Source: Camelus ferus
Taxonomy: Eukaryota
Length of the DNA stretch: 64,000 bases
Direction of reading: 5' to 3'
NCBI RefSeq assembly: GCF_009834535.1
Contig: NC_045697.1
Span: 53,260,001 to 53,324,000, forward strand
Within the stretch, counting starts at the first letter, position 1; every line of letters starts with the position of its first letter. The notes beneath the pieces are model-generated. The model was not told where the DNA came from and searched no databases. It saw nothing but the letters and a program-made list of their open reading frames with translations. Both the position numbers and the translations under genes were made by a program. This document shows positions 11,281 to 23,811 of the stretch, piece by piece.

Positions 11281-13899
11281 ATCTTTAGAAAAGGAGGACC
11301 AATCATTTTTCAAAGGGACCAGTGATTCAGTGGGTTTCAGACAATGGCTTAGCTAACAACCCCTTTCCTAATCATCTAGGTGGTATATGGATTCCCACAA
11401 TTTCAGTAATGTCGTTAAATTACCCTCTGAGGAATGTTTCCCTGTGGTCACTCCTGGCTTCTGCTTTGGTTATGACTAATTCCTCTAGAATAATTTTGCT
11501 CTACTCCTTCTTTTACCATCCTTAAAATTGATACCCTAATAGAGTAACTTTAAAAGACTTTATTCAAATATTAATGGGTGATTATTTTTACTTCAAGAGC
11601 AAAATACAAAATTATTAGACATAAGGCATGTCTAAAAGATAAAAATTCAAAACCTAATTAGGGGCAGTAAAGATTCTTTAGTTCTTCCATGCTGTACTGA
11701 GTAAATATGAACTAATTTCATTTAGATTCAACCCTAAAAACACCAGTATATCACCTTCTACCTGTAGAATAAAATTCTAAAAAGTTGTTAAATTTCTATA
11801 TGTCTTTGACATGTATGTCTCCACGTGATTATGTGGCTTGAAAAAAATAATTTAACAAATATGAAGCATGATGGTCCAGATTTTAAAGATGATGGAGGGG
11901 AATGTTTCGTGTTTTAAAAAATTCTCTTGCTAAAATATGATTTTGGCATTCAAAATACAACTCAGTATTACTATCTGGACGTCATTGTTATTTAAATTTT
12001 CTTCATCAAGTCAGTTTTGTGTTTGTCTTGTTTTCCTTTGTTATTAATATTGACCCCACTCTAATAAATATCTAATCACAACTGTTGTGACAAGGTATTA
12101 ACAGTGAATTCCCACTGTGCAAGAGTCCTTTGGCTAATTAATCTTGAATAACTAATGGTGGCTTTATCATGCAGGAAACCAAAGTTACTACCTTTTGATG
12201 AATTTGTCTTTTTTAGTAGAATGAGACACTTAGAACTTGCATGGCTCATTAATACTGAAGTGATTATACCATTTGTTATCTGGTCAAAAAAACCACAGAA
12301 ACAAAAAAGTAGTTAAGATAACAAGACCCTTCTCTTTACTACAGCAGAGAAGCTACCACAAGGACAATATATCTGTTAGAAAGGTACCTTCCCAAGATTT
12401 AGAAGAGTTGTCTGTCTAGATTCGTAAAGTAGATCACCCCAGATGTTGATGCAGATTTTACTAGAGCTAGGTGGTTAATCTAACCAGTTATTGCCTGGAA
12501 AATCCAGTAGGTTAGTTGAGTGGGTGAACTAGGTAGATGGCTCAGAATTGCCCAATGCTGTATATACAAGGATTGACCTTGTTTTAGTCTAAATATTGTC
12601 AAATTAGGTTTAGTACATCATAAGCTCTCAGTCTTCTGAGATTTCTTATTGCATTGTCCAGGGTCTTAGACAACTAACCCCCTGAGTGAGCCAGAAAGTA
12701 GTCACGGCCAACCACTGAAAATGTTAAGATCTGTACTACAGAGCTCAAATAGAGTCGATGTGGAAATTACTCTGAAAATGAACCGTTTCACCTAGCTGCA
12801 TTCCTCAAATCTGAAGGCAGTTCGAAGGAGATTTCCATCCTTGTTTCCTTTTTGCTTTTATTTTCCATTTCTTGAATATTCTTAAGAAGAGCAATTGGAA
12901 CTGAAGTGGAAAAAAAAGGTAGGCTACCCTTTTCTATCTGATAGCATCCAATTCCCTGTGTCACTGGAGGCCAAGGTATCTCTGAGTAGAAAGGAATGTA
13001 GCAAGGGGCTCTAGTTTAAGTCTTTTCACATCATAGTGTGAATATTGTCTGTGTCTCAACTGTGTTGAACTTATTTTTCTATCCCATGTCAGTCACCCAG
13101 TAGATATTCCACTGACATTTGTTAAATAAATGGATTCCTTCATTCAGGGGAGAAAAAACTGGTGACTGAGCAATGTCAGCCTGCATGGATTAAGGTGCTG
13201 GGACATTAAGCAGAGGAATCTTAAAGATGAGGAAATTCTGAACCAGATATTGTCATTGGCTTCGTTATTTTGTTTTAGTTCAATTACCGGGACACCAGAC
13301 ACCCCTTTATTCAAATAAAAGCACAAAACAGATATCAATGCCAAGTACATATAACTGTTGGATTATGTACCCTTGAAATTATCCATGTCTTTGCTCTGTT
13401 CCAGTAATATAAATGATGAAGCAGCAACAAGAATGGCTTATAACTTAGTCCTTGCAAAATGTTACCTCTGCTTGCTTTTTGTTCAGCTAACCTGAAAATT
13501 GATTAAGAGGCTCACAGAGAACCATTGTGAAGTAGATTCTGTACACCAAGAGAGCCGACTTTGAATTTTCACACTGTTTATAATAAAAATAAATTGCTTG
13601 CTTGTGAATTATACTTTTCCAGGAACTTCTAATTACGTATCAAGGTAGGCAGGATGCATATATCACTGCCACGTTTCAGTGAGAAACCTGCGGTCACAGA
13701 AGGTTAGTGACCTCATCCATTCATTTATTCATACAACAGATACTTACTGTGCACCATCTATAGTCCATATCCTTGGTGGACACTGAGAAATTAGTGTTAG
13801 TAAAACAGACATGGTTTCTGACTTCATAGAAATGACTTTTTTTCCCCACTGTCAAAAGATCGCCAGAATTGTGGCTAGTATGCAGGTATTTTGATTATT

Positions 13900-14085
13900 T
13901 TTTTAATTTTATTTTTTAGTTTAAAAATTTTTTTTTCTTTTTTGGAGGGGTAATTGGGTTTATTTATTTATTTACTCATTTATGTAGTTTTTTTTTTTTT
14001 ATTTTTTAATGGAGGTACTAGGGATTGAACCCAGGACCTTGTGCATGCTAAGCAGGCACTTTACCACTGAGCTATAACCTCCCCC
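13900..14085 (-). mobile_element. Camelid tRNA-derived SINE (Vic-type)
   Basis: Reverse strand reads ggggaggttatagctcagtggtaaagtgcctgcttagcatgcacaaggtcctgggttcaatcccta (A/B boxes), then an A-rich tail. Confidence 0.85.
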
Positions 14086-15659
14086 AACCAAATTTATTTT
14101 ATTATTATTATTGGTTCTTAATCAAGTAGCCTGTCTAAAGCACCAAGCTGCCTAACCAGAGAAGAGAGACTAGCACAATTCCAAGGATAATTAACAGATA
14201 AAAATAATAAATGATGACAGTGAATATTTTAATATATTGTTGAGGTTGAACAATGCATCTCATGTCAGTGAAGGTAATAGGTTTTTTGACTCCAACAATT
14301 ACTTCATGAGTAGCCTGTGTAGTAAATGCAGAGAATAAGCAAGCTCTTAATCAAACCTCTTCTGCTACAGAGTGTTTACTTTTAACTTCTATGAGACTTG
14401 CTAAAGTGCCCCCTTCTGTTTAACAGTGTATATTACTGGATATTAATTATCACGTGTCCACTGTGGCTCTGGCTCGATTAAATGAGTCTAATTTTATAAT
14501 ATTTAAGATTTGTAGGTATGTGCATGTGAATTATGACTATAGAGTATAATTTCCAGGAGTAGTTTGTTCAGGAATAGAGGTAGTGAGAAAAATAAAGTAA
14601 TATATACTTCTTCCTTTCCCCAAAGGGAAATAAATAAGTTTCCATTAATTAAGTAAATACACCTGATTCCCCCTCCCCAAATATATATCTTTGCATATTT
14701 GATGAGGGTAAGTGTACAAATGGGTACCTTACTGCCACAGAGTACGTGAATCACAAGTAATTAAAAGATCCACAAGCTCGGGTACTTTTGTTCGACACAA
14801 GCAAGGAACAGTGCATGACAATCAATGGAAGTGAAAACAAGGTGACAATACGGATATTTTTAATGAAAATGGAAATCACTTTTCAGAAAAGTTTTTGCTC
14901 AGAAAGAAGTCACATGAGTTTCAGAGTAATTGAGGACCCAGCACACAGCTGGGCTTGGGCTGCAGGACAGCGCCCGCCTGTGACTCCCCGTGACTCCCTG
15001 CAGTGCGGGCCACAGGGGTGGCAAGTGGAGCTTGCCTTCTCCAGTGCAGCCTGGCGAGGTCTGGGCAAGACCACACCCACCTCTGAAAGTCACTCCTTTG
15101 TCCCCTGACTTGAAATGGTTCCTTTTTCTACTGAACCTCTGTAGAATTTATATGTGTTCCTGGCTCTTTGTGAATACACATCCCTGTATCTTTCTACTTT
15201 TTGGAACTGCAATCAAAGTTTGGCCCCAATCTGGTTTCTGTCCTATAACTTTCCAGAAATGAACACATCTATTTTAATTAAAATCTTAGAGTTCTAGGAG
15301 CTTGATTTAAGCTTAGTGTCTTTGGCTGACTGCTTGCTTTCTCCTTCTCAGACATCTCGCCAAGCCCCTGCTATGGTCATTCACTCTTCTGAGTGTCCCG
15401 TCAAGGGAGCCTAGTAGCCCCGGCCCCTCTGCCTTAGTTCTCCCCCAGAATTCTGCAGATTGTCTTGTTTTCCATTCCTTTACAATAAAACTTTACCTCC
15501 TTCACAAGATTGTATGCTTTCTCATAGCAGTGACATTTCATTGCTCAAAATATTTGCGACCTTGTCTTCCTTCTCTTTTCTGCTTGCCTTCTTCCACCCA
15601 GTTACTCTTTTTCTTCCTTCACCTCCCACTCCAGTTCTTCTTTCCTTCCACCTATCAAG

Positions 15660-16170
15660 CCCTCAGTGATCTGACCCTTGTTTTGTTCTTTCACTTGGCT
15701 GTTTCTCACTCTGGTCCTTGTTCACCAAGCTCCAGCCATGCCAGCTTTCTTTCTGAATATTGAACACGTTGAATTGATTCCTGCCTTGAGGCTTTTGTAT
15801 CTGTTCCCTGTGCCTGGAATGAGCTCTCTCTGATCACTAACGGGCTGACCCCTTCTCATTGTTCATTTTAGGACTCACCCCCAAAAGGCTGTTCCCAGAC
15901 CATTACCCAGTCTGGAGCAGCAACTCATGTCATATCACCCTATTGAAATTCTCTTCACAGCAAGTGTCCCTGTCTCCTAACTGATCTATTTGTTTTCTTC
16001 TTTGGTTATTTATTCTTTTTAGTGTTATTCATAAATATTTGTTTTTATAGTGACCTTCCATCACTAGAATATGGCTTCTTTAGAGCAGAAACTGTTTTGT
16101 TCACTTCATCCTCAGTGCCTGGAAGGGTGTCTGACCCATAACAGGTATTCAAATATTTGTTGAACAACTG
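15660..16170. mobile_element. L2 3' fragment
   Basis: L2 3'-end motifs ending cagtgcctgg...aaatatttgttgaa. Confidence 0.65.
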
Positions 16171-16970
16171 CATGATGATTGTTCTGACTCAGAAATTCCA
16201 AGGACAACTTTTACATAGTGAGATTCAATGTTTCCCACAGCACTAACAAATATTAAAAGTCATTGAAGTGCTTGATAACATTATATTGTTTGCTACAATT
16301 ATGCTTCTTTCTAGAAACTCATTCTGTTGTATAGGAGTATTATGATACAATAAAATTGTTAATGCAATGTCTTCTGTATTCCAAACAAAAAAGTATACAT
16401 CTAGCTTGGTTTAAGTCTCTGTGACCTCATTTCTGGTGAATTTACAAACATGAAGAATTTGGTCGAAGGGAGTGGTCTTTTGCAATTATGTGTTTCTCTG
16501 TTTGTAATGCCTTAATCCACATCTTAGAAGTTTTAGAAATGTCTACATTTTTTTCGGCTTGCTGTTTGGACAGTGAAAGGGGAACTTATTTTTTTGTGGT
16601 TTGGAAAATAAGGCTAAGTATCAAGTCTGATTATGGAGTCAAGGACTGAAATGGGAGCTAGATTGGCAGACAGAAGGATCAGAAATAGGAAAAAAAAATC
16701 AGTCTGAAGTGTATGAAAATTCATGCTATGAATGGGAACTGTGTGCTGGAAGTCTCTCAATGTAACGTGTTCAGATTATGGAGAAAGATATGAGTAAAAA
16801 TACTGCTAGAACCTAAGTTTGTCATCCTGCTTCACTTTGGGAATAATTCTGTCCAAATTACTGGGGTTGGTCGGTTAGTCACTCATATTCACACTATCCT
16901 GTCCTCTGAAAAATGGGAAAAAAGTCACCTTCAGTTTCTAACTTTCTTCCCCAGAATTTTGCATTAGTCT

Positions 16971-17300
16971 ATGCAGTGGATGCTGCAATACTCCAGCGGG
17001 AGCCCCATTCGGGAACCAAAGACTTTTCACCCCAGCTGTTGTAGTGCAGCCCTCCTCCCTCCCTCAGGGGTATTGTCCCTTCCCAGGCCGGCAAACAGCA
17101 TCTAACCAATCTGCTAAAGGCCATCCTAGCTCCAGAATTCCCCGTGGGGTTGAGACACAGCAGCCTGACTTCTGTCTCCCTTGGCCTCTTCCTGTTTCCT
17201 TCCCCTCCATTCCATGGGCGTTAATGCCAAGGTCCCCTCATAAATTTCCTACATGTTAGTTTCCACCTCAGTCTGCTTCCTGGAGATCTCAACCTGTTAC
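16971..17300 (+). mobile_element. ERVL-type LTR fragment (LTR16/33-like)
   Basis: tgcagtggatgctg start; ctcagtctgcttcctggaga end motif. Confidence 0.5.
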
Positions 17301-18565
17301 CAAGGCTTTCGTCATGAAAGTATTACCTCTGGGTGACATGTTTTAAAGATCTGACACTAGTTCATTAAGTGTTAATTATTTCTCATCAGTGAGTCAGCTC
17401 TGAATCACTGCGGAGAGCAGATTACTTCTGAGAAATAGCCTCTAACTCACTAGTCTTGGGAACGCATCGCATTTACCGTGTGTTGAATTGTGAATGCTGT
17501 TTTTGTGCCTTGGGCCATAGTCTGATATCCAAAACTAGATTTCTCATTAGACTTGCTACTATTATATATTTTAACAATTAGATGTATATTGAATAAGAGC
17601 CAATATTATGTTCTATAATAGGTCATAAAATGACTAAACAAGAAAACCCTAAGGCCCTACATGTAGAGTCCATGTTGGAAAATGATTGCTGGTTATTCTC
17701 TTCTCATAGAATGTTTGATAAAACTTGCCTCCCACTACATCATTGCAAAGCCTTTCTGACCAAGTCTCAGAGGGAGGGAATAGAGATTTCACTAGGGTAA
17801 GAAGCACCTGGCAGTTTTGCAAAGCATACACCAGAGAGCTTAGCACTACATGCATTTGTGAAGTACCCAGTTAGGACCAGAATAAAACAGGGCTATAGAA
17901 ATTTAATTTCCCAAAACTCTTAACAAAACTTCCCAGTTTATTGCATTCATTTGTTACCAGTTTTTAACTTGTCTCCATTTCAAAGAGGGGCTGTGTAAGG
18001 ATTGAGGTTAAGAACATGGATTCTGGAGTCATTTTGCCTGGCTTTAACTCTGCTAGCAGCAAGCCTTTGAATTTTAGGCAGATGTTCTTTGAGGCTCAGC
18101 TTAGCTTTCTGTAAAATGGGGATAACCTCACAGGGTTGTTGAGTTCATTAATGCTCATTGTTTATATAAAAAGCACTCAATGTTAGTTACATTAAGCATT
18201 AGACAATAGGCACCTTGAACATCCCTAGGGCCTGGCATAAGTCTGACACAGAATTTCAGTTGAATGAATGAAAGAATGAAGTATATTTCACAGAAAGACC
18301 TTTTATTACAAAGACTGGCAGTTGGTGCAAGAGAACAAAAGTGAAAAACAAAGAACCAATGTGATGTTAGAAATAGAAGACCCACAGAGCACTTGGGTAG
18401 AGGAGGTCCGTGAACCAAAACTAAGGCTATATGTTATCAATCATTCTGTTAATTAAAAATATGCTTGAAAAAATTCTGAAATATTGATTTCAACATTTCA
18501 TTAAGAAAAGATCACTTGGTTCTACCAATTCCTCTTTCTCTCAAATTCTAACCTTTCTTTCAGTC

Positions 18566-18775
18566 AGTGGTGTGCTGGTTAACCAGATCTCTGACAAAAA
18601 ACAAAAAGCAAACCAAAAACCCCTCATTTTTAGTCTCTCCCAATTTCTATAGTATAAGTACTCCCACCAGGCCCATTTCAAGTTACCAACTGTTTACCAA
18701 CTAGCTTCTAAAATTCCTAAATATTAAAGATTGCCTCTCAAGGGGCAGTAACAGTCAGCTCCAGCAGAACAATGC
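18566..18775. mobile_element. hAT-type non-autonomous DNA transposon
   Basis: Imperfect TIRs cagtggtgtgctgg / ccagcagaacaatg. Confidence 0.5.
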
Positions 18776-20599
18776 CTTTGCATAATGGATAATGTTTTAA
18801 TCATCCAAATAACAGAGCTTTGTTGCCCTGGCCAGAAGTATTTGACATGATGCATCTCATGTAAGTGCCCATTTATGCTGAGGATGTAGGTATTTAGAGA
18901 TATGTGAAACTAACATTTGTTTGGTGCCAGATAGAAGGTTCTCAGCTATGTTTTCTGAATACATTTTTTCAGTTGATCCTCATAAGAACCTGCAAAATAT
19001 CATTATCATCAGTATAATTACAAGGAAACTGAGACCCAGAAAGATTAAGTAATTTGCCCAAGGTGGCATAGTTCATTAGTAATCGAGTCAGAATTGAACC
19101 CAAGCCTTTTTCCAAAGTAAATATTTATTTCTAAAGCATTCTTTATGTGTTTGCCCAGGATGAAGACTCTGGGTAGTTTTTTCCCATGTACTTTTGATTT
19201 TGAGATGCATTAAACATACATAATGAGCTTCTTGATTAAAATTTCCTTCTCACCGTTTGTTAAAGACTCCCCAGATGTCTTGAATAATATAATCCCTGAC
19301 ATATATTCTGTTATAATCAGTATCTCTCAATTTCTGAATTTTCAGAGGCTTGCCTTAGTTCACAGAGATACTAAGGCAGACAACTTATTTCTGCTTCAGC
19401 AGCCCTCAAGAAGCTCATTCTGACATGAAGAAATATGTCCAAGGTCATTGTTCCAATACACAGCTTAAGAGCCCTCAGCTGAGATTACAAACCATGAAGG
19501 TCACCTAATAACAGTGCTTATTGTTCTGGTCACATTTCAGTGAAAGAAGTTTGATTTTCTCTATTCCTTTTCCAAGAAGCTCTTCCACCTGCAAAAACAA
19601 ATATTTAAGGCAGCAGAAGCCAAGAACTAAAAAACCAGAGACAACTTTCCTCATCAGGACTGCTTTCAGAAATGAAGAAAATCTGTGGAAATGCCAATAT
19701 TGTGTTTTCATAAATTATTTGCTTAACTGGATATTTTAGTAATAATATTTACAAAGAATTCTACTTTCTTTCTGAAATTAAATTCTTGACTGAGTTGGAT
19801 ACCCCATCAAATTTCTGAACGTATGTGCTATTACCTTCCAGAGCATTTTCCTCCTCTTGTATTCTCTCTTTTTCCATAAATAAATGTATAATATACACGC
19901 AAACATTTACTTGCAAACTTTTATAAAGCATCACATTCAGCACTGTTTCTGAATGATGATGTTAATTAGAATAACAGTCTTGCTTAATAACATGTGGATT
20001 GTGCAAGGTATTATACTAAGTGCTTTATTTACGCATACCAACCCAATTGTATTAATCATCCTACAACCTTGAGCAATAAATATTGATATTCTCATTTTAT
20101 AGGTAGATAAAATATTGATCACTGAGATTCTGAAATCTTCCCGAGGGTATATGATTAGTGAGTTCCAGGGCCGAGATCTGAACTGAGAGCTATGCAACTT
20201 CAAAATACTCTTCATGACAACCAGACCACACTAAAGCACATAATGTATTAAGCACTTAATCCATAACCTTAATGTTTGCAGTTTCATACATGTACACATT
20301 TTATAAAACTCACTTAGTAATTGAATACTGTTTTGTCATGGGTCTGATGGCTATGAACCTAGTGTTTTTCTTCCTCTGTATTTTCTTGAGCATCCACCCA
20401 TACGTAAGGGTTGACAAAATCTAATTTATTGTTAATATGTTCCTGTCTGCTGTGATGCCTACGTTACATTATTATGGAAAATACCATTTTTTATGCTGTC
20501 ATTTACCAGGCAAAGGTTAAAAAATAGCATCTTGGAGATAAATTAACTAAAAATTCTACAAAATAAATTCTAACCCTGAAGGTAGGAATGGATGAGAAA

Positions 20600-21450
20600 G
20601 TATTACCAAGAAACATTCACAAAATTGGCAACTAATCTCCATGAAGGAGACTAAAGTAGTCCATGAAGAAGCATTACGTAACGGTTTGCAAATGTCTGAG
20701 GATGGGTTCTCTGTCTAAGCCTGGACTTTGAATAAGTGTTAGGTTGGGTTGAAATGACTCTCCTAAAAACCAGCGTGAATGGAACAATTAGTGGGAAATG
20801 ATTTCGAGGCGGCGCGGCCTGTTTGGCTGCCAGGACAGTAGGGATCATTACTTGGGCACTCGTTCTGCAGTCATCAACTCATCCTGATTTCCCTGGGAGG
20901 GAAGACTCACTAAGCAGTCATGTTCACTGTTTGCCCCGGTGAGGAAAGCAGGCTCATTGGTTTTCTTGTTGAAACAAGCAATTTGCATTTGCCTGGGGCC
21001 TTCACATAGTTTCTAAGCCTAGGAAATTACTGAAAGCTAGGATAAACAAGTAAAATCTTTGTTCTAAGTAGAATTTTGAAAATAAAATTCTGTAAGGGAA
21101 TATAGAATTTCTTCATGTCAGAAGGTTAGAAAGAAGTTCCTGGTTCTATATTTTATAGGTACTTCAGAGAACTGATTTAGATTAAAAGACTAGATGTGCC
21201 TTCAGATAAATACTCTTTTGGCACAGATGAATATAATATGAGTCCAGAAATGAAACACTGTGGAGACCTGGCCTGGGGCTAATTGTGTGCATTGAAGAAA
21301 TCTCTGGCAGTTCCACTGTGATATTAGGAAATTCTTGGTAGGAGAAGTTCCTAGAAAACAAATGCACTGCTTTTTTCCTTTGTCAAAAGTACCAAAGAAT
21401 TCAAGAACATATTCTACCCAATGACATGTGCCAGTTGGGGTAGGTAAGAT
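20600..21450. promoter_or_regulatory. Candidate STAT5/NFI enhancer module
   Basis: GAS motifs TTCAGAGAA at 21163-21171 and TTCCTAGAA at 21348-21356, an adjacent near-GAS, TTGGC/TGGCA half-sites, retained CpGs, and non-repetitive sequence. Confidence 0.45.
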
Positions 21451-22779
21451 GGTCATAAGATTTCCACATCTGTAATTACCATGTAGCACCAGGCCCAACA
21501 CAGGCCCTAGATTTTTGACAAAAACAGCAGCTGCTTATAAAGTACAATTTCAGCAAAATTTGTGAGTCCCAAACTCTCACCTGTAAAAGTGATAAAAACT
21601 GAAGTTTATAACTCATCAGCGTTCTTTAGATTGAAAACATTGTGAAGGGAAAACCTTTTAACACTATATAGGTTGGGGTGACTTATTAGAACATCGTAAA
21701 TGCAGGAAAATAATAAATTTATTCACAACATCTACTACATTTATTGCACAAATGGCATCATTAATAACCTGAATCTCATTTCATGCATTTACCACCTGTG
21801 TCATTTTGGGCAAGTTGACTAACTTCTCAGAACCTGTTCCCTTCTCTGTAAAATAGGACAAATTACATACTTACCTCCAGGGTGTCGACAGAAAGTAAAT
21901 GTGACTAGATGAGAAAATTAATTGCTCACCATAGTCATAATTCTTAATAAATCACTTTAGGGGAAACTTGAAACATCTGATTCTCCAAGGGCAAGTCTCT
22001 AGGAGATAACGATCGTTTGAAAAAGGCTCACAAACTGATCCATGTATGTGTGCTCTCCATTCCAATTGAAAAGCACCAGGTTGCATTGAAGAAAAAAAAA
22101 AAAGACTACCTAGAAAAAACGTTTGTTTTAACAGTAAAGAATAAACAGCTACTGCTCATATGCCTATCTCTTGCTGTCCTACATTTTTTACCCCCAAATC
22201 TTCCCTGGTTTATTGATGACCATTTAATACTCACGATGTATTCTTTTTGCTGAATCATGGTATCCTCTGTCAAATGCAGATGACTTCATTCCCTCATCCA
22301 AACATTATTTACCGAGCACTATCAATAATCCAGAGACATTGCACCGGAGCACTTATGGTCTAATGGATGAGGGTTGTATATGAACAAATGGGTGTGACGT
22401 TGTTTGCTGAGGACAGAATAGAGGTGAGTCCATGGCACACGTGGAACAGGGATGGAGTGGGCTGATAAAACTTCACAGGGCAGGAAAACCCTAAGCTGGG
22501 CCCTGAACTAAGAGAGGAAATTCACCAGGCAGATGTAGGTGGAATGAAAAATTCCAAGCAAAGTGTACATTATGTGCAAATGCATGGGGCATGACATAGC
22601 TTGATACTTTGGGGACATAATTATTGGCTTGAAATACTGGAATATGAATTCCTGTGGGAAATTGATGGGATGTTCATGGCAGGTGGTCAGAGGCCACATC
22701 ATACAGGGTTATCTAAGACAAATAAATGTGCTTAGGTTTTATCCTGTTTGTAGCTGGCATCTGTCCATGAAGCAAAGGA

Positions 22780-23175
22780 TACACATGCTAGCTGTTAGTA
22801 GTGTCTACCAAATATTTCCATTCCTCCTCCTGGTCATATGTAAAGTTCTACTTTCCAGCCCTTGAATTTAGTGACTGACTCTGGCTGATTAAATATAAGT
22901 GAGAAATAGCATGTGTCATTCTGGCTGGAAGCTTTCAGATAATTCACCACTCTCTCTTTCTGCTGTGGCCACTGGCAATGTTCTAGATGGTAGCTTTTTC
23001 ACCAACATGTGTTCCTTCAATCTGAGTTCCCGAGTGAGAGCAATACGGAACCGAACTTAAACTGACCTACAGAGAATGTGTAGTGTAAGGGAGACATAAA
23101 TCTTGTAGCTGCAAGCCACTGAGGTTTGGGGGTTGTTTGTTACTGTAGCATAATGTAGCTTGTCTTTCTTGTTAC
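22780..23175 (+). mobile_element. MaLR (MLT1-type) LTR
   Basis: Ends with aagccactgaggtttgggggttgtttgttactgtagcataa, a typical MLT1 3' end. Confidence 0.7.
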
Positions 23176-23333
23176 ACTGCCACATGTACCGCATTGGCAT
23201 CGGACCATCCTAGCTCTGTGGTATGTTACCCGTGTGACTTCAAATGAACCACATAATATTTCCAGACCCTAGTTTTATGATCTGTAAAATAAGTCCAGGT
23301 GACCATCCCTAAATGAAATGATGCTCCAGCAAG

Positions 23334-23335
<2 letters not shown>

Positions 23336-23380
<45 letters not shown>
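23336..23380. repeat. Compound (TG)n(AG)n microsatellite
   Basis: Directly visible. Confidence 0.95.
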
Positions 23381-23381
<1 letters not shown>

Positions 23382-23797
23382 ATATATGGTAGTGATGTGG
23401 TTTATTTGCAGAATTACTTTTTACTTCCTATCAGTTTGTTCTTTGGACAGTCAAACTGTTAACACAGAATGAGTAAAATGTAAAGAAAATTACTGAATAA
23501 AATATGAAATCAGAAACCTGAACTCATGAGTCTTACTAGTAAGTCCCTGGTGAATCTGATTACCTTTGGGTGTTTTACCTAAATGAGTCTGTGGCTAATT
23601 AAAGGAACAAAAATTTTTATCTCAAGTGACGGTCACAACTGATTGCATTTAGCTACTTAGAAAGTTGTACTGAGATTTTAAAGCTGACTCAAACAGTAAT
23701 GGCCGTAGTGGTCACAGGACGGGCCCATGACGTGATAAAACTTGTCAGCCTTAAAGCACGTTAGGTGTTTCCCAATGCCCGAAGTATCTGTGCGTCA

Positions 23798-23811
23798 CCA
23801 CTTGAGGGCGC
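23798..23811 (+). promoter_or_regulatory. Candidate CTCF site CCACTTGAGGGCGC
   Basis: Close to the CTCF core consensus CCASYAGRKGGCRS and embedded in a local CpG-rich islet. Confidence 0.55.

Noticed and set aside
14010..14085. tRNA-like sequence (also at 51690-51761)
   Set aside because: Head of a tRNA-derived SINE with an A-rich tail (and a TSD at the second copy), not a tRNA gene.
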